NCBI RefSeq assembly: GCF_964355755.1
Contig: NC_092680.1
Coordinates: forward strand, 16,129,045-16,193,044
DNA: 64,000 nt
Direction: 5' to 3'
DNA from: Antedon mediterranea
Taxonomy: Eukaryota > Animalia > Echinodermata
The position numbers were made by a program, and so were the translations under genes. The stretch's first letter is position 1. Each line of letters begins with the position of its first letter. The notes beneath the pieces were generated by a model. The model saw nothing but the letters and a program-made list of their open reading frames with translations. It did not search any database and was not told where the DNA came from. This document shows positions 13,224 through 25,379 of the stretch, one piece after another.

Positions 13224-13764
13224 CTAAAAACAATTAAAATGATTTTTCGCTTGTAGCAGCGAGAACGCACATTCCATGCCCGTCACAATAGGCTTGCCAA
13301 CGCATTATTCGCTTGCAGTGGCAAGAACGCACAGTATTATACCTATTATGATTTTACTACTAGTCTGCTAGGTCGGTGGCAGTAGGGGGGGGGGGGTACT
13401 ACCACCGAAAGGGGACAAATTGCCTCCACCTTTTCTATACCAAAGATTGTATAGCGCCGCTATGCTGCGCAAGATAAACAACTGTTGCCAAGCTCCTATC
13501 TAATAATACTACGGCCCTATAAATCCCTGGAAGCCATTCGGGCGGACAAAATACCCGGATGAACATAGTGTAACGAAAATCCGTTCTCGGGTTCGTTCCC
13601 TTTGGGGAAGGGTCTGCGGTACCACGGTACACTCGAATGAAACAAACAAATCAATTACAATTTCTGGAGTGACCTCCTTTATTCTTCTATGATTCCAAAT
13701 TATTGGTAACAACCGATTAAAATAATTAATTAGATTAGTTCTGCTATTACGCCGGACTTGAAAC

Positions 13765-14165
13765 AACAGCGTAACCACCAGTAATGACGTAACCTCCAAT
13801 AGTAGCGTAACCACCAACAACGGCGTAACCTCCAACATGCACGTAACCACCAACAATGGGGTAACCTCCAACAGCACGTAACCACCAACAATGGTGTAAC
13901 CTCCACAGCAACGTAACCACCAACAAGGGTGTAACCTCCAACAGCAACGTAACCTCCAATAATGGTGTAACCTCCAACAGCACGTAACCACCAACAATGG
14001 TGTAACCTCCACAGCAACGTAACCTCCAATAATGGCGTAACCTCCACAGCAACGTAACCACCAACAATGGTGTAACCTCCACAGCAACGTAACCACCAAC
14101 AACGGCGTAACCACGTACCGGCTAACAGGGTAACCACCAGTAGTCTTAACCACTGGCTAATAGGT
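13765..14165. repeat. Minisatellite (cgtaaccaccaacaatggtgtaacctccacagcaa-type, about 35-bp composite unit)
   Basis: Directly visible tandem array; explains repetitive ORFs in three minus frames. Confidence 0.9.
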
Positions 14166-14275
14166 GTACCCACCAGCAAAGCAGTATCACAACCACAGGG
14201 TGTACCACGGGCTAACTGTATCTCAAGCAGTAACACAACCAGTAGGTGCAACCTCCGGCTCAGCTATCTCAAATA

Positions 14276-15120
14276 AGCCCCTTTCTCACAGATGTGCCTG
14301 CAATATACCGGTACAGTGCTGGCGTCGTGCCGGTATCGTTACCGGCATATACCCATTCTCATCGGACTATCGTGCCGGAAATATAACCGGTATATACCGG
14401 CTTTCTGTGAGAAAGGAGTCGGGCATATTCGGCCAATAAAAAGTCTCTGACAAAATAATTATTGAGGGCGTCCTTTATTGTCATGTTATTATTTTTGTCT
14501 AGCGATGATATGGCGGCGAATGTTAAGTTACAGATTATTATCTTCCTTTATAGCATATTTATGCAATACATGCTATGTACAGTATATTGTGCATATATTA
14601 TACAGGTATAGCAATTAATTTGCCGTCATCAGCAATCTGTAAAACACCTTAGAAGGCTGTAGGCCTACAATTTACAAGCAAGGCGACGAAAGGTCAGGCA
14701 CCAACAAACAAACAGCTAATTAATGGCCTAGCCTAAGTAAAGCGGCCTATATAGATTATGCTACAAATTTCTTCTTGTCCCCTTATTTTAAGCAGCTCTC
14801 TTATCTCATTATCCCTCCAGTTCGACATTATTATTGTTAATTGAATTGAATAGGCGCCAAAGTGATACACTTGACTGCGCAAGGTGTCAAAGCCTCGACG
14901 GGGAACCCCGGAATATAACGGCGATACGTTCTCACAGAATGCCCGTCTGGCATTGCGGGGAATATCCCTAGAATATTACTAGGTCTAAAGCAGGTCATGT
15001 CGATGCCGGCATGGTGCCGGCACGATGCCAAGACGACCCGTTCTCACAGAAAACCATACCGGCATGGTAATGGTATATTCCCGCAATATTCCTGGCACAC
15101 AACTCTGTGAGAAAGGGGCT
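14276..15120. mobile_element. PIF/Harbinger-like MITE
   Basis: TIR AGCCCCTTTCTCACAGA...TCTGTGAGAAAGGGGCT; flanks ATA/TTA; the uninterrupted host repeat unit is visible at 15161-15190. Confidence 0.8.
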
Positions 15121-15879
15121 TTAGTGATACAACCAGTACAGTAGGCGCAACCTCCGGCTCACTATGTCTCAAATAGTGATACAACCAGTACAGTAGGCGC
15201 AACCTCCGGCTCACTATGTCTCCAACAGCAGCACAAGCGGTAGGCTGTACCCTCCGGCTAACTTACTTGCTGTGTCTTAACTCTCCTTTTATTATTCAGC
15301 TCTAATTTTCTCTCTCTTTTCTCAATCTTCTCTCACTTTGTTTTCCAATTTCTCTAATGTCCCTACTTATTTAACACGTCTTCTCCCTGCTTCTCCGCTT
15401 TTCCAGCTCCAATCTCTCCCTCCTTTTTAACGCAGCTCGAGGTAACCCTCCATTGCCTTCCTTATCCAATCCCTCTCTGCCCTTTTTCTCACGTCCGTTC
15501 TCTGCTTCTCCTCCTGCCTAACTCTGCCTCCATCTGCCGCCCTCTATCTGTTCCTTCTACCCCAAAATCATTACAATAGTTTAAAGGTTGCATCATATTG
15601 AGGGTTGATTCATGGAAAAGTGACGAATATTATGTAAACAACGTAAAATAAAAGCTTCTTTCGGATCTGTGTGTTAATTCTGTGTGTTTACGTTGACTAG
15701 CTCGGTTAGACAACTTCGTTCTTTGACCAAAACATCGTACGATATTGCCTTGACAACGACTTATTCCGGTACAAATTTGTTCGCCGGAATGGCGTCCATG
15801 GATTACAAACGTAATGGCAACCCCATAGTGATTCTTTGATAGCTAAATCAAACTCACGGTTATATTTCCTTAAACAATT

Positions 15880-18800
15880 GCGCCGGTCTGGTCTAGACGC
15901 ACACGCCTTATGCTATTTTTATTGCTCACACATCCTTTAGTGCAGTTACACGTCTTCGGAGATAGTGTAACCAACTTCGGAAGCAATTGCCCATCAACGT
16001 TTGTCCACCCCATGTCTGTAGCATAAAACTGGTGTAGGGACTTTTACCTGTTTCCATACTGAAGTTTGGAAATGTGCACGCATGAAGCATCGCTGCATCA
16101 GATGTTGGTGGCAGAGGCAGAGCCTCCTGTGGACGTCCACTACAGAAGAGTATCACACGTGCTTTGTCACAAATCTCCACGAGGACCGCAGCGGGAGGGA
16201 GACGCCAGCTAGGCGGGACAAGATCTAAAGATGGCAGTGCATCGAAATCGAAAGGCCAGCATCGCCACTGCTGCTACGGACCAACACTGAACCAAGGGTC
16301 AGTGTTGGGCAGCAGTTCGTTTCAGCCGCGTCAAAGACAGGGGTTCCTTCGACGCCACCGTCAGACTGGAGGACGGCACCGAATTTGGATTGGAACAGGC
16401 ATTAACTAATTAATTAATTTACGTGGAAAAAAAAGCTGCGTCGCTCACATGGTTGATTATCATGAAGTTCAATTTTCTCATAGAATTCATCTATCTTAGT
16501 TAAAAGCTTATCTGTAAAAGTACCCAACCTGCTTGTAAATGAGGGTGGAATCTCTAATTTGGCAAATGTACAGTAGCGATTTCATACTTCAGACTTCATT
16601 TCATTGCAATATCAGTTTGCTTAGACTCTGTGATGGTTTGTTTTGTCTTCCGAGTGAACTCCACATGATAGATGATACTTTTCTTCTGCAGCAATTAGGT
16701 CATTAATACAAGCAACACGCACTCGCATTTTCTGTTCAAATTTAGAAGTTCAAGTATTTCAGTGCTCTTCTTTAGGGTAGTGATTGAAATCAACTTTTGC
16801 TTGATGTTTTCCTTCTGGCAGAACATGCACAATTCCCATTTGTTGTGCACTACTTTGAAAAGTCTTCACAAACTTTCAGCCAATCAAAGGGCTACGTTTT
16901 GTTTGGAGCAATGGCTTTATTTTATTTCTACATAGTTTTTAAGTGCTAATCTCTATATGACTGAATGATAATACTTTTTCTAATGATTTTACAGTGGCGG
17001 ATCTAGAGGGGTGAGGGCGTACCCTCCAACAACCCCCCCCCCCGCCCTATAAATCTGGAGAACAAAAAATTATCCTACCACAAGGGAGAAAAATATCGGG
17101 GAAAAAGCGTAAAAAAGAGTAAAACTTTCACTTTTGATTAAAATACATTGTTTCAGCGCCGTGCTAATTTACTTTTTATTAGAGGCCACAATTGCCGTTG
17201 CTGTAAATTTCTAAGAGTTGCGAAATGAATTGCCTATTTTCACCTGAAAAATAAGCGCATTTTGGTCCCTGGATGTAACATGATATTGACGCGTGTATCG
17301 TACCCATAATCGGGCTCGAACGATTCGTACAAAGGACACCGCCATACAACCGCGTAGGTCTACCTATTGTTTAGATCGCTGGCAGTCAGCAAGCATAAAT
17401 AAAAGTATATATACGTCAAAAATGGAACGCCGTGGTTACCTACAGATCATCATCATAGAGGATTTGTTAATAATAATATCGTAGGCCTACTGTGGTAACT
17501 GTGTACTGTAGTGTACATTATAGACACCGATTTTTTTTTCTAGGCCACCCACCCAACTGTATCAATACCTATTTATATATTTAATTTCTTCAACAAATTG
17601 ATGTAAATAAATATTGAGCCATAATAAGCATTACGTTTGCGCTTTTTTCGGGGCTTCCCCTAGATGGACGTTCGCATTGAACTTGAACGCAATCAAAACT
17701 AAATACTGAGTGAATGAAATCGGCAACAAAATGTTATATCGTCCTGTAATTAGTCACGTGTGTTTATTGGAGGGAAAAAGTATGATCGTTTTGCTCATTG
17801 GTAGCATGCTACATTATTATGAGAGTGTCTTTTCCTGCAAATTATAGAGGAGGTGCCATCTATATATAAATTATGGTTAATTCTGACATAGGCGAGCACA
17901 ATGCAAAAACTTCGGTACAAATCTCCGCCTTGGATACCTACCTTATCTATCTCAGATGTACCGCGAAACGTAGATTTGATAACATTAGTTTTCACATCGA
18001 CGCTATTGTTCCATATTTCTATCTTAGGAAGATATTATAAAGCGTTTTTTAACACAATTTATAATTTCAACAGTAGATTTTCAACTCAATTTCAATTCTT
18101 CGCGGGTCAAAGTAATTTCCGGGTTCACCTTGCAACAACCTTTTTATGGTTCGGGCGAAACCCCCCTTCCCCACCCCCCTTACAGCGAACCCCCTTTAAC
18201 CGACTGCGAACACCCATCCCCGACAGTGTCCCGTTAGGACCGAGATGTCTGCCCATGTTCCAAACCGTAATGTCTTCTTTCTTGGGCCCACTCTGTTACG
18301 GCAGTTAGTTTCAAAAGATGTTTAAATTAAATAATGTATTAATAATTATTAGGATGGTATTTGAATAAACATCACTTTGAATAATAATCATTATACTATT
18401 TGTAGTAGAATTCATCGCACTGTTACCTACAATTTACCAAGCATTTGTTACTCTTTTTTACCACTTTTCATATCTATTAGAGAATTTCATTTGATTATAA
18501 ATGTTACCATATTATTATTAAAACTAAAAAAATTAACATTATTATCCCTCGAATAAGCACCTCCCTCAAATGAACTCCGCCTCCCCAAAGGGCCCTACCA
18601 AACAATAAACACTATACTTTAAAATGTTATTAATCATCTAAAACACTGTGAAACAGAGTAGTTTAGTTTTACGAATGTCAAGCATTTTCAATAATGGTAA
18701 CCGACAGAAAACGTAGAAGGAGAACATTTTTATCATTCCGAGAACCATCGTCTACACTTCCTAGAGGGGGATCGAGCGAAGCGAGTGTACCATTTCTTCC

Positions 18801-19602
18801 GGCATCTGGGCGTCATTTAACAAAGTTCTCTTCACCACAGGTCCTGTCGATGGCCTTGGAAAAGCACCTTTTCCGCCATGTACGTGCAAACGCTGACGTG
18901 CGCGAAACGCCCTGTTGTGACGCTTTACTCAAAATAGGCCTATATGTCACCCTTTAATAGGCTAGTACCTCAGTTTTCATATTTAAAATATCAATTTTTA
19001 ATACATTTATTTAACGTGAGAGTGCCATTTCCGACCATCTAGAGGTTTTACATTTTCAAAATCGCCTCAACTCACCCACAACCATGGTGGGGGCTGAGTT
19101 GTTGTGGACTCTCTACAGTTGCGCCCTCGCCTTTCACAAAATAACTCAAGGTCAAAGGTCAATAATGTTAGAATCCGCCATTTTTTGCAAAAACATGCCA
19201 TTAGACTGGATATAAATGTGTAGTTTTTGAACAATTTAAGCCCTAATTTGTATATCTCCGATTAGTGGTTGCTGAGATATGAGAATTCAAGGTCAAAGGT
19301 CAATAATGTTAGAAATAGCACTTCCATTCATTTTTGGACAATTTTTTTGGAATATAAAAACATATATTTTAACGATTTTGACACCATAATTAAGTATCTG
19401 TGACTAGCGGTTTCCAAGATACAGAGTACGTTATTAAAAATGGCGGCCATTTTTAATTATGCAAATTAGGCTACTTCCCGAAAAATGTCCTAACGTTGAT
19501 AAATGTGTTCAGTAGGGTCTAAAAAACACATTTCATCAAAAAAAACTTTTCTTGCAATTTGTGTGAGAAAAGGGTCATTTTTTAGCTAAATCCCATGGAC
19601 TA
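15880..19602 (-). mobile_element. Degenerate Academ (AcademX-like) DNA transposon relic with nested insertions
   Basis: Frameshifted minus-strand motifs RVACINDLIAAEEKYHLSC (about 16660-16730), DKARVILF...LPPTSDAAMLH / AHFQTSVWKQ / DMGWTNVDGQLLPKL / CNCTKGC (15920-16180); TAGTCCATGGGATTT terminus at 19602; superfamily assignment is from memory of family motifs. Confidence 0.55.
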
Positions 19603-19699
19603 CAAGTAGCGTGTAGTGTATTGTTCGTTTTCAGCTTTAAAGCATCTGCTTAGAGAGAACTGTGCATACGTCTGTAGGCCTACTGTACGACCGCTGACT

Positions 19700-20060
19700 G
19701 ATAAAGATTACTATCAGAAACTAAAAGACCCTTCCCATAGACTACACCACCTTCTGCCAAAAGCGCCTAAATCTGGATACAATTTAAGACAAGTTAAAGA
19801 ATGTTGCATTCCAAAAGTAAAAACAGAACGATCAAAAAATGTCATTGTAAACTTTGGTCTCTTTCACAAGTGGTAGGCATATGCATAAGTATCTCTGCAC
19901 AGTCGTATTTTCCTCTGACTTCTATTTTGTCTGTTCTTCGATGTTTTGTGTAATTTGATTTTTGTTGTTGATGGATAGGATATGTTTTCATTTAAGTATA
20001 ATTATATATTTTTGTATGATTCAACCCAAAAGTTGCAATAAAAGTTATTTATCGTTTATC
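19700..20060 (+). mobile_element. 3' end of a CR1/L2-group LINE
   Basis: DPSHRLHHLLP...YNLR...PKVKTER C-terminal motif, followed by a T-rich UTR, AATAAA and a short repeat tail. Confidence 0.7.
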
Positions 20061-20135
20061 GTTGAACGTCTCACGCAGTTATGCGGCGCTATACAATCTT
20101 TGATCCAAACAGTATGAATAATAAATATAACTTAC

Positions 20136-20553
20136 CATTAACATGGAGTTTTCCAATACTGCAACCAGATTCAAGGACAGAATCCAAAATGCTACATTTA
20201 TAATATCCATCATCACACAACAACGTGTTTGCAATGGTGAGAGTAGCTAAATTAGTAGCTACAGTATCAACTTTATATCTGCCATTTGGGTTTGGCCCAC
20301 GAGTATCAACTAAACGGTGCAACTCATCTCCTTCTTCTAGAGTTCTGTATCTGTACCATGTAACGACCTTAATAGTTCTAGTACTATTATCATCGGGTTT
20401 GTAACGACAATTCATGACGGTGTCTTCACCTTGTGTAACATTAGCATTGGGTACATCAATCGTAGGCAGTTGATCGGTTTGACAGCTGTGTATAGCTGAA
20501 ATCAAATAAAGTACAAACAAATGTTTTAAACATTTTACCGAGATACTGACCAT
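20136..20553 (-). CDS. Leader plus Ig V-type domain exon (first exon of the minus-strand IgSF gene)
   Basis: MVSISVKCLKHLFVLYLISAIHSC signal-like, then GEDTVMNC...VTW...PNGRY...ATLTIANTLLCDDGYYKC; phase-1 donor G|gtaag at 20135; an alternative phase-1 acceptor tttcag| at 20495 is also possible. Confidence 0.85.
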
Positions 20554-20764
20554 CAAAAGGTGGCTTTCAGCCGACATCTCAAGTCATCATCTTGACTTGA
20601 CCAATCCCTTAGAATATTGAAAAAAAAAATAAAATTGAAAATTACCATAAATTGAAGCAATGACAACAATAGATTTCAGAATGTATCTACAGGTAGTCAT
20701 TTTTAAGATTCAATCTAAAAGAAGAAGACAATAATAATAATATTAATAATAACGAGGACGACGC

Positions 20765-21388
20765 GATAACACCAGCAGCAACAGTATATCAGCAACAACA
20801 ACAGCAGCATCCACAACTTTAGCTTAAGCAACAATAGCATCAGCAACAACAGCATTAACAACGGCATCAACATTAACAATAGCAGCAAAAATAACAGCAA
20901 CAGCAGTAGCAGCACCATCAGCAGCAGCAACCACAGAAACAACAGCAGCATCAACATCATTAGCAACAACAGCATCAGCAACAACAACAGCAGCAGCAAC
21001 AGCACCAGCAGCAACAACACCAGCAGCAACAACATCAGCAGCAACAACATTAGCAACAACAACATCAGCAGCAACAAAACCAGCAGCAACAGCCTCAACA
21101 ACAGCATCAACAGCAACAACAGAATTCAGCAGCATCAGCAACAACAGCATCAGCAACAATAACAGCAATAACAACGCCAGCAGCAACAACACCAGTGGCA
21201 ATAACACCAGCAGCAACAACACCAGTAGCAACAACATCAGCAGCAGCGACAGCAAAAACAGCAGCAGCAACAGCATTCACCAACAACTGTAACAGCAACA
21301 TCAGCAGCAACAACAACAAAACAGCAGTAACAACAGCAACATCAGCAACAACAGCATCAGGAGCAACGACAACAGCAACAACAAACAA
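20765..21388. repeat. Degenerate (CAG/CAA)n trinucleotide tract
   Basis: Direct inspection. Confidence 0.95.
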
Positions 21389-21928
21389 GATCATACAGAT
21401 ATAGGGGTGCGGGAACGATTTTTGAAGTGGTGGGGTCAAGGGTATATCTTTGATTTTTAAATAAGGAATGGGGGCTTAGAAAAAAAAGTTTATTTCGCCA
21501 AAATTCGTGGTCGAAGGGAGTCGGTGATGAGCCGAACGGATCATCTAGGATTTCTGAAACGGCGCATAATAATATTGAGGAAGCAGACACTCCGGCCGGC
21601 CAAATGCGCTCACTTTGCGCAGAATTGTAAGGAGGCGTGTCTATTTTTGTTTTCGTATCTAATTTTGCCTTTCAAAAATGGTAGCGCAAAGCAATCTCTA
21701 ACCCGGGATCCGCCCCGCCGGAATATAATAGAATGATAGAGGTTCAGACGTTCTCTGTGGTACATTTAAATTGTATTATTTGTATTTTCTCTTTAAATTT
21801 CAGCTGTTTGTATTGTTGAGAAAGAAAAGAGCTAAGACTAATAAAGAAATATCTCTTAAATTGTTGGGGGTCAAATATTTGACCCCACACCCTAAGATTT
21901 GTTTAGTTGCCCTCACTGAACTGAACCC

Positions 21929-22386
21929 CAGCATCAGCAACAACAAAAGCAACAAAAGCATCATCAGCAACAACAACAAGAGCAACAATAGCAGCAGCAG
22001 CAAAAACAACAAAGCAACAACAGCATCAGCAGCAACAACAACAACAACAACAACAACAACAGCAAAAACAACAAAATCAACAACAGCATCAGCAGCAACA
22101 ACAACAACAACAAAAGCAACAACAGCAGCAACAACAACAAAAGCAACAACAGCATTAGCAGCAACAACAGCATTAGCAGCAACAACAACAACAATAAAAG
22201 CAGCAACAGAAGTAGCAGCAACAGCATCATCAGCAGCAGCAACAGCAACAACAAAAGCAACAACATCAGCAACAACAACAACAACAATAAAATCAACAAT
22301 AGCAGCAACAACAACAACAGCAGCAGCATCAGCAGCATCAACAACAAAAGCAACAACAGTAGCAGCAATAACAATAAAAGCAACAA

Positions 22387-22418
<32 letters not shown>

Positions 22419-22495
22419 TCAGCTTCCACAACAAAAGCATCAGCAGCAGCAACAGCAGCTTCCACAACAAAATCAGTATCAAAAGCAGCAGCAAC
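21929..22495. repeat. Degenerate (CAA/CAG)n trinucleotide tract
   Basis: Direct inspection. Confidence 0.95.
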
Positions 22496-23039
22496 TGATG
22501 ACTAACTATTTTTTCGCGGGATTTATGTTTTTCCAACCTTTTGTAGTGTTTTTACCAACTTTTAAACAATTTCGACTTAAAATCACGTCATACGAGCACA
22601 TCGAATTGGGTAACTTGCACACGTTTTTTTATGAAAAAGTTCAAAAATTCGTCAAAAAATTATGCCTTTTTTTTTAAACAGCCATAGTTTCTAAACTAAA
22701 CGGTGAAAGTAATTTTTAGTAAATATTCTGGAAGTTGATGAGTTGTAGATATCGGATCATGCATCAATATGGCTCACCGGACATTGTGAGGTCATCGTAT
22801 GGCGACCCGAATATAAAATATAGGATTTTTGTCTCTTTCGTCATAGCTCATCACATTTAATAGAGCCCATCTCCACTTATGCGTATTCTATTTCTCCCCA
22901 GATTGTAATATGATCTAGGTCAAGCAATTACCTTTCACATGATGACGTCATCATGATCAGTAACTAACTTGGGTCACTTATTTTCATCATTGAAGTAAAT
23001 TTAAATTCAATTCAATTCAAGAAACATTTATTGACCAAA

Positions 23040-25378
23040 AATATTATATAACATTAACCATGGTTTGCATATAATATATATAGTCGATGGGCCTGTCGCT
23101 GTAGTCCCTCTTTACATTATCTTAATCTTAATTAGCCGTTACGTATATTATATATAAAAAAAGAATACAGTATCTTAATTAATTAGGTTACCATCTAAAG
23201 TATACTTTAATAAATATTCTTTAATGGACCTTTTTTAACTTTTGCCATGCTTATGCACCATGCTTGGAATTTTATTACAGAAATATTTCCAAAGTTTAGG
23301 TCCATTTATCTATATATAAATTTACGTAAGGGCAAAAATCGGTAAATCGTGCGTTATTTCTAGAATGTTTACGCGATGGTATATAAAGTTGGTTCGTACT
23401 TTCGGTACTAATTTTAACCACCTGATGTAACCCTGTTTACTAATTAAATTGAGTTCGATAATTAGTTATTGACGATTAAAACGAATTTAGGTTCAAAGAT
23501 TTGCCCCAAATAGGGGTGTTTTCCGATCGTGGTATACACTGTCTAATGGATGTCAATTTGAAAAATACCCGCACACAATAATACGAGGACGCTTCGCATT
23601 TTCCTATCTCCTCCTACGATAATTGTTTTTAATAGCTGAAAACCGGTTGAACAGTTCGAGTACAGCATCATGATGTTGAAGACAGGCCGATTTTCTTTAA
23701 AAAATGCTATTTTGATACATGTAATATACGTTTTTACAAATGTATTGATTTGTGATGAATGGAACATTCCAAATTATTTGGTTTAACCATAGAGGTATAG
23801 ATTTAGATTTATGGGCCCCCTTGGAGAATAAACATAAATAGTATTGCAATGCTGTACAATACTGTTAAGGTATTGTTAGATTATAAACATATAATATACA
23901 AATAAATAAACGTTATTACTGACAGTTGCTTCTCAACGTTTGTATTAATTAATAATTTAAAAATATATAAACGTACGTAGTGGTACGTGTATCGTTACAT
24001 GTACTTTACTATTTCAATAGACTATGACAGTGAGAGTTTTAACAAAGTATTAAATCGTAAATGTTTTACTGTATTTAGTGGTATATTATTTATAGGCCTA
24101 TAAAACATTAAAAACAATATTTCGTTACTGAGTGGATAAGAATATATTTTAAAATGTTTCCTCTTTGTACCTATCTTCTTCCCCCATCCCTCAACCCTTA
24201 ATGTTACATACAAAACACAAATTGGGTTTGTTTAAATGAGTCCAAATAAAAAAATTTGACTCATTTTGTTTCTCTCTCGGAAGTAATTCCCAGGGTGCTA
24301 ATTTTAGCTGACTACATAAATCATCGTGTATATTTATTCGTTTCTGTAAACGACAATGTATTATAGTCCTGCAGTACGTACATTTGAAATCTCCATTTTT
24401 TTCTCGCTGGAAAATACTGTGTATTCGAGAACCATCTGTGGGCACGACCTAGATGGTACGCGAGCGAAGCGAGCGTGCCATCTAGTATGAATAAATTTTT
24501 GGCCGCAAGTTAGTCTTGAGAAAGGTACATTCATTGCATATTTTGTGTCTAAGATTGTGATAATTGTTGTCATGCTTACTAAAAATGTTTAGAACATATT
24601 GTGGTAACACACCACGCCTAACATTATCCATGAAGCCTATAACATTTAGTTTATAGATGTCGTGAATATTAAGTATTTTTAGTTTTTTAAACAGAGGTTC
24701 AGACGACACTCTCATGTTTGAATGAGTTATTATTCTGGCAGCTCTTTTCTGGAGCTTCCATAATGTTTCCAGTGTAGTATTGTATGTGCTTCCCCATACA
24801 GATTACCATTATTATTGGAAATGGGGTAATGTTAAGGTGTTGTATAAGTTGGTTAAAATATGAGATGGAAAAAAATCTCTAACTTTCACTAGTATTACAG
24901 TAGCCCTGGCTACTTTTTTACTGGTAAGTTTAATATGCTGCTTCCAGCACAGATTTTAATTGATCACGACACCTAATAACGTAACATTTTCTTTTTGTTC
25001 TAGTATAATATTGTTCATTTTTATACACACATTGTTTGTGTTTACACATTTTTGTGGAGCTCTAAATACAACATAATTTGTTTTACAAATGTTCAACAAG
25101 AGCTTATTGGCTTTAAACCACATGTTTATTTTCTCAAGTTCAGTATTGATTATGCTTGACAATACTTTGAGATCGTTGCCACATTTTATGCTTGTTGTAT
25201 CATCTGCAAAGCAAATGACATTGAGCTCAGTACTTGCATTATATATGTCATTAACGTATAAAAGGAACAGTAATGGCCCTAATACCGAGCCTTGTGGGAC
25301 TCCAATACCATTTTCCTGTATAATAGATGCTGTACCATTAATATAAACATAGTCAACGCAATACCTCTGATGCCAAAA
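23040..25378 (-). mobile_element. CR1-group LINE ORF2 (reverse transcriptase and C-terminus) relic, interrupted by a Helitron
   Basis: GVPQGSVLGPLLFLLYVNDI...CFADDTT; WFKANKLLLNICKT; SEPLFKKLKILNIHDIYKL; QKFIHINGPKLWK is restored when the Helitron is removed. Confidence 0.9.
23309..24485 (+). mobile_element. Complete non-autonomous Helitron
   Basis: A|TCTATATATAAATTTACG ... hairpin ... CATCTAG|T, no TSD; near-identical to 2407-3996. Confidence 0.95.
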
Positions 25379-25379
25379 C

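Larger units (their letters stand above)
13441..20102. mobile_element. Region bracketed by P-like inverted repeats CAAAGATTGTATAGCGCCGC
   Basis: Perfect 20-bp inverted match between 13441-13460 and 20083-20102, with weaker extension to about 42 bp; TSD not clean (5/8). Confidence 0.5.

Noticed and set aside
13509-14251. Repetitive ORFs (214, 173, 111 aa) and CRISPR-like appearance
   Set aside because: Minisatellite open in several frames; no unique spacers, no cas genes, eukaryotic context
20715-22536. Poly-Leu, poly-Val/Ala and Thr/Ala mucin-like ORFs
   Set aside because: Products of CAG/CAA tracts open on both strands; no credible exon boundaries linking them to the Ig genes
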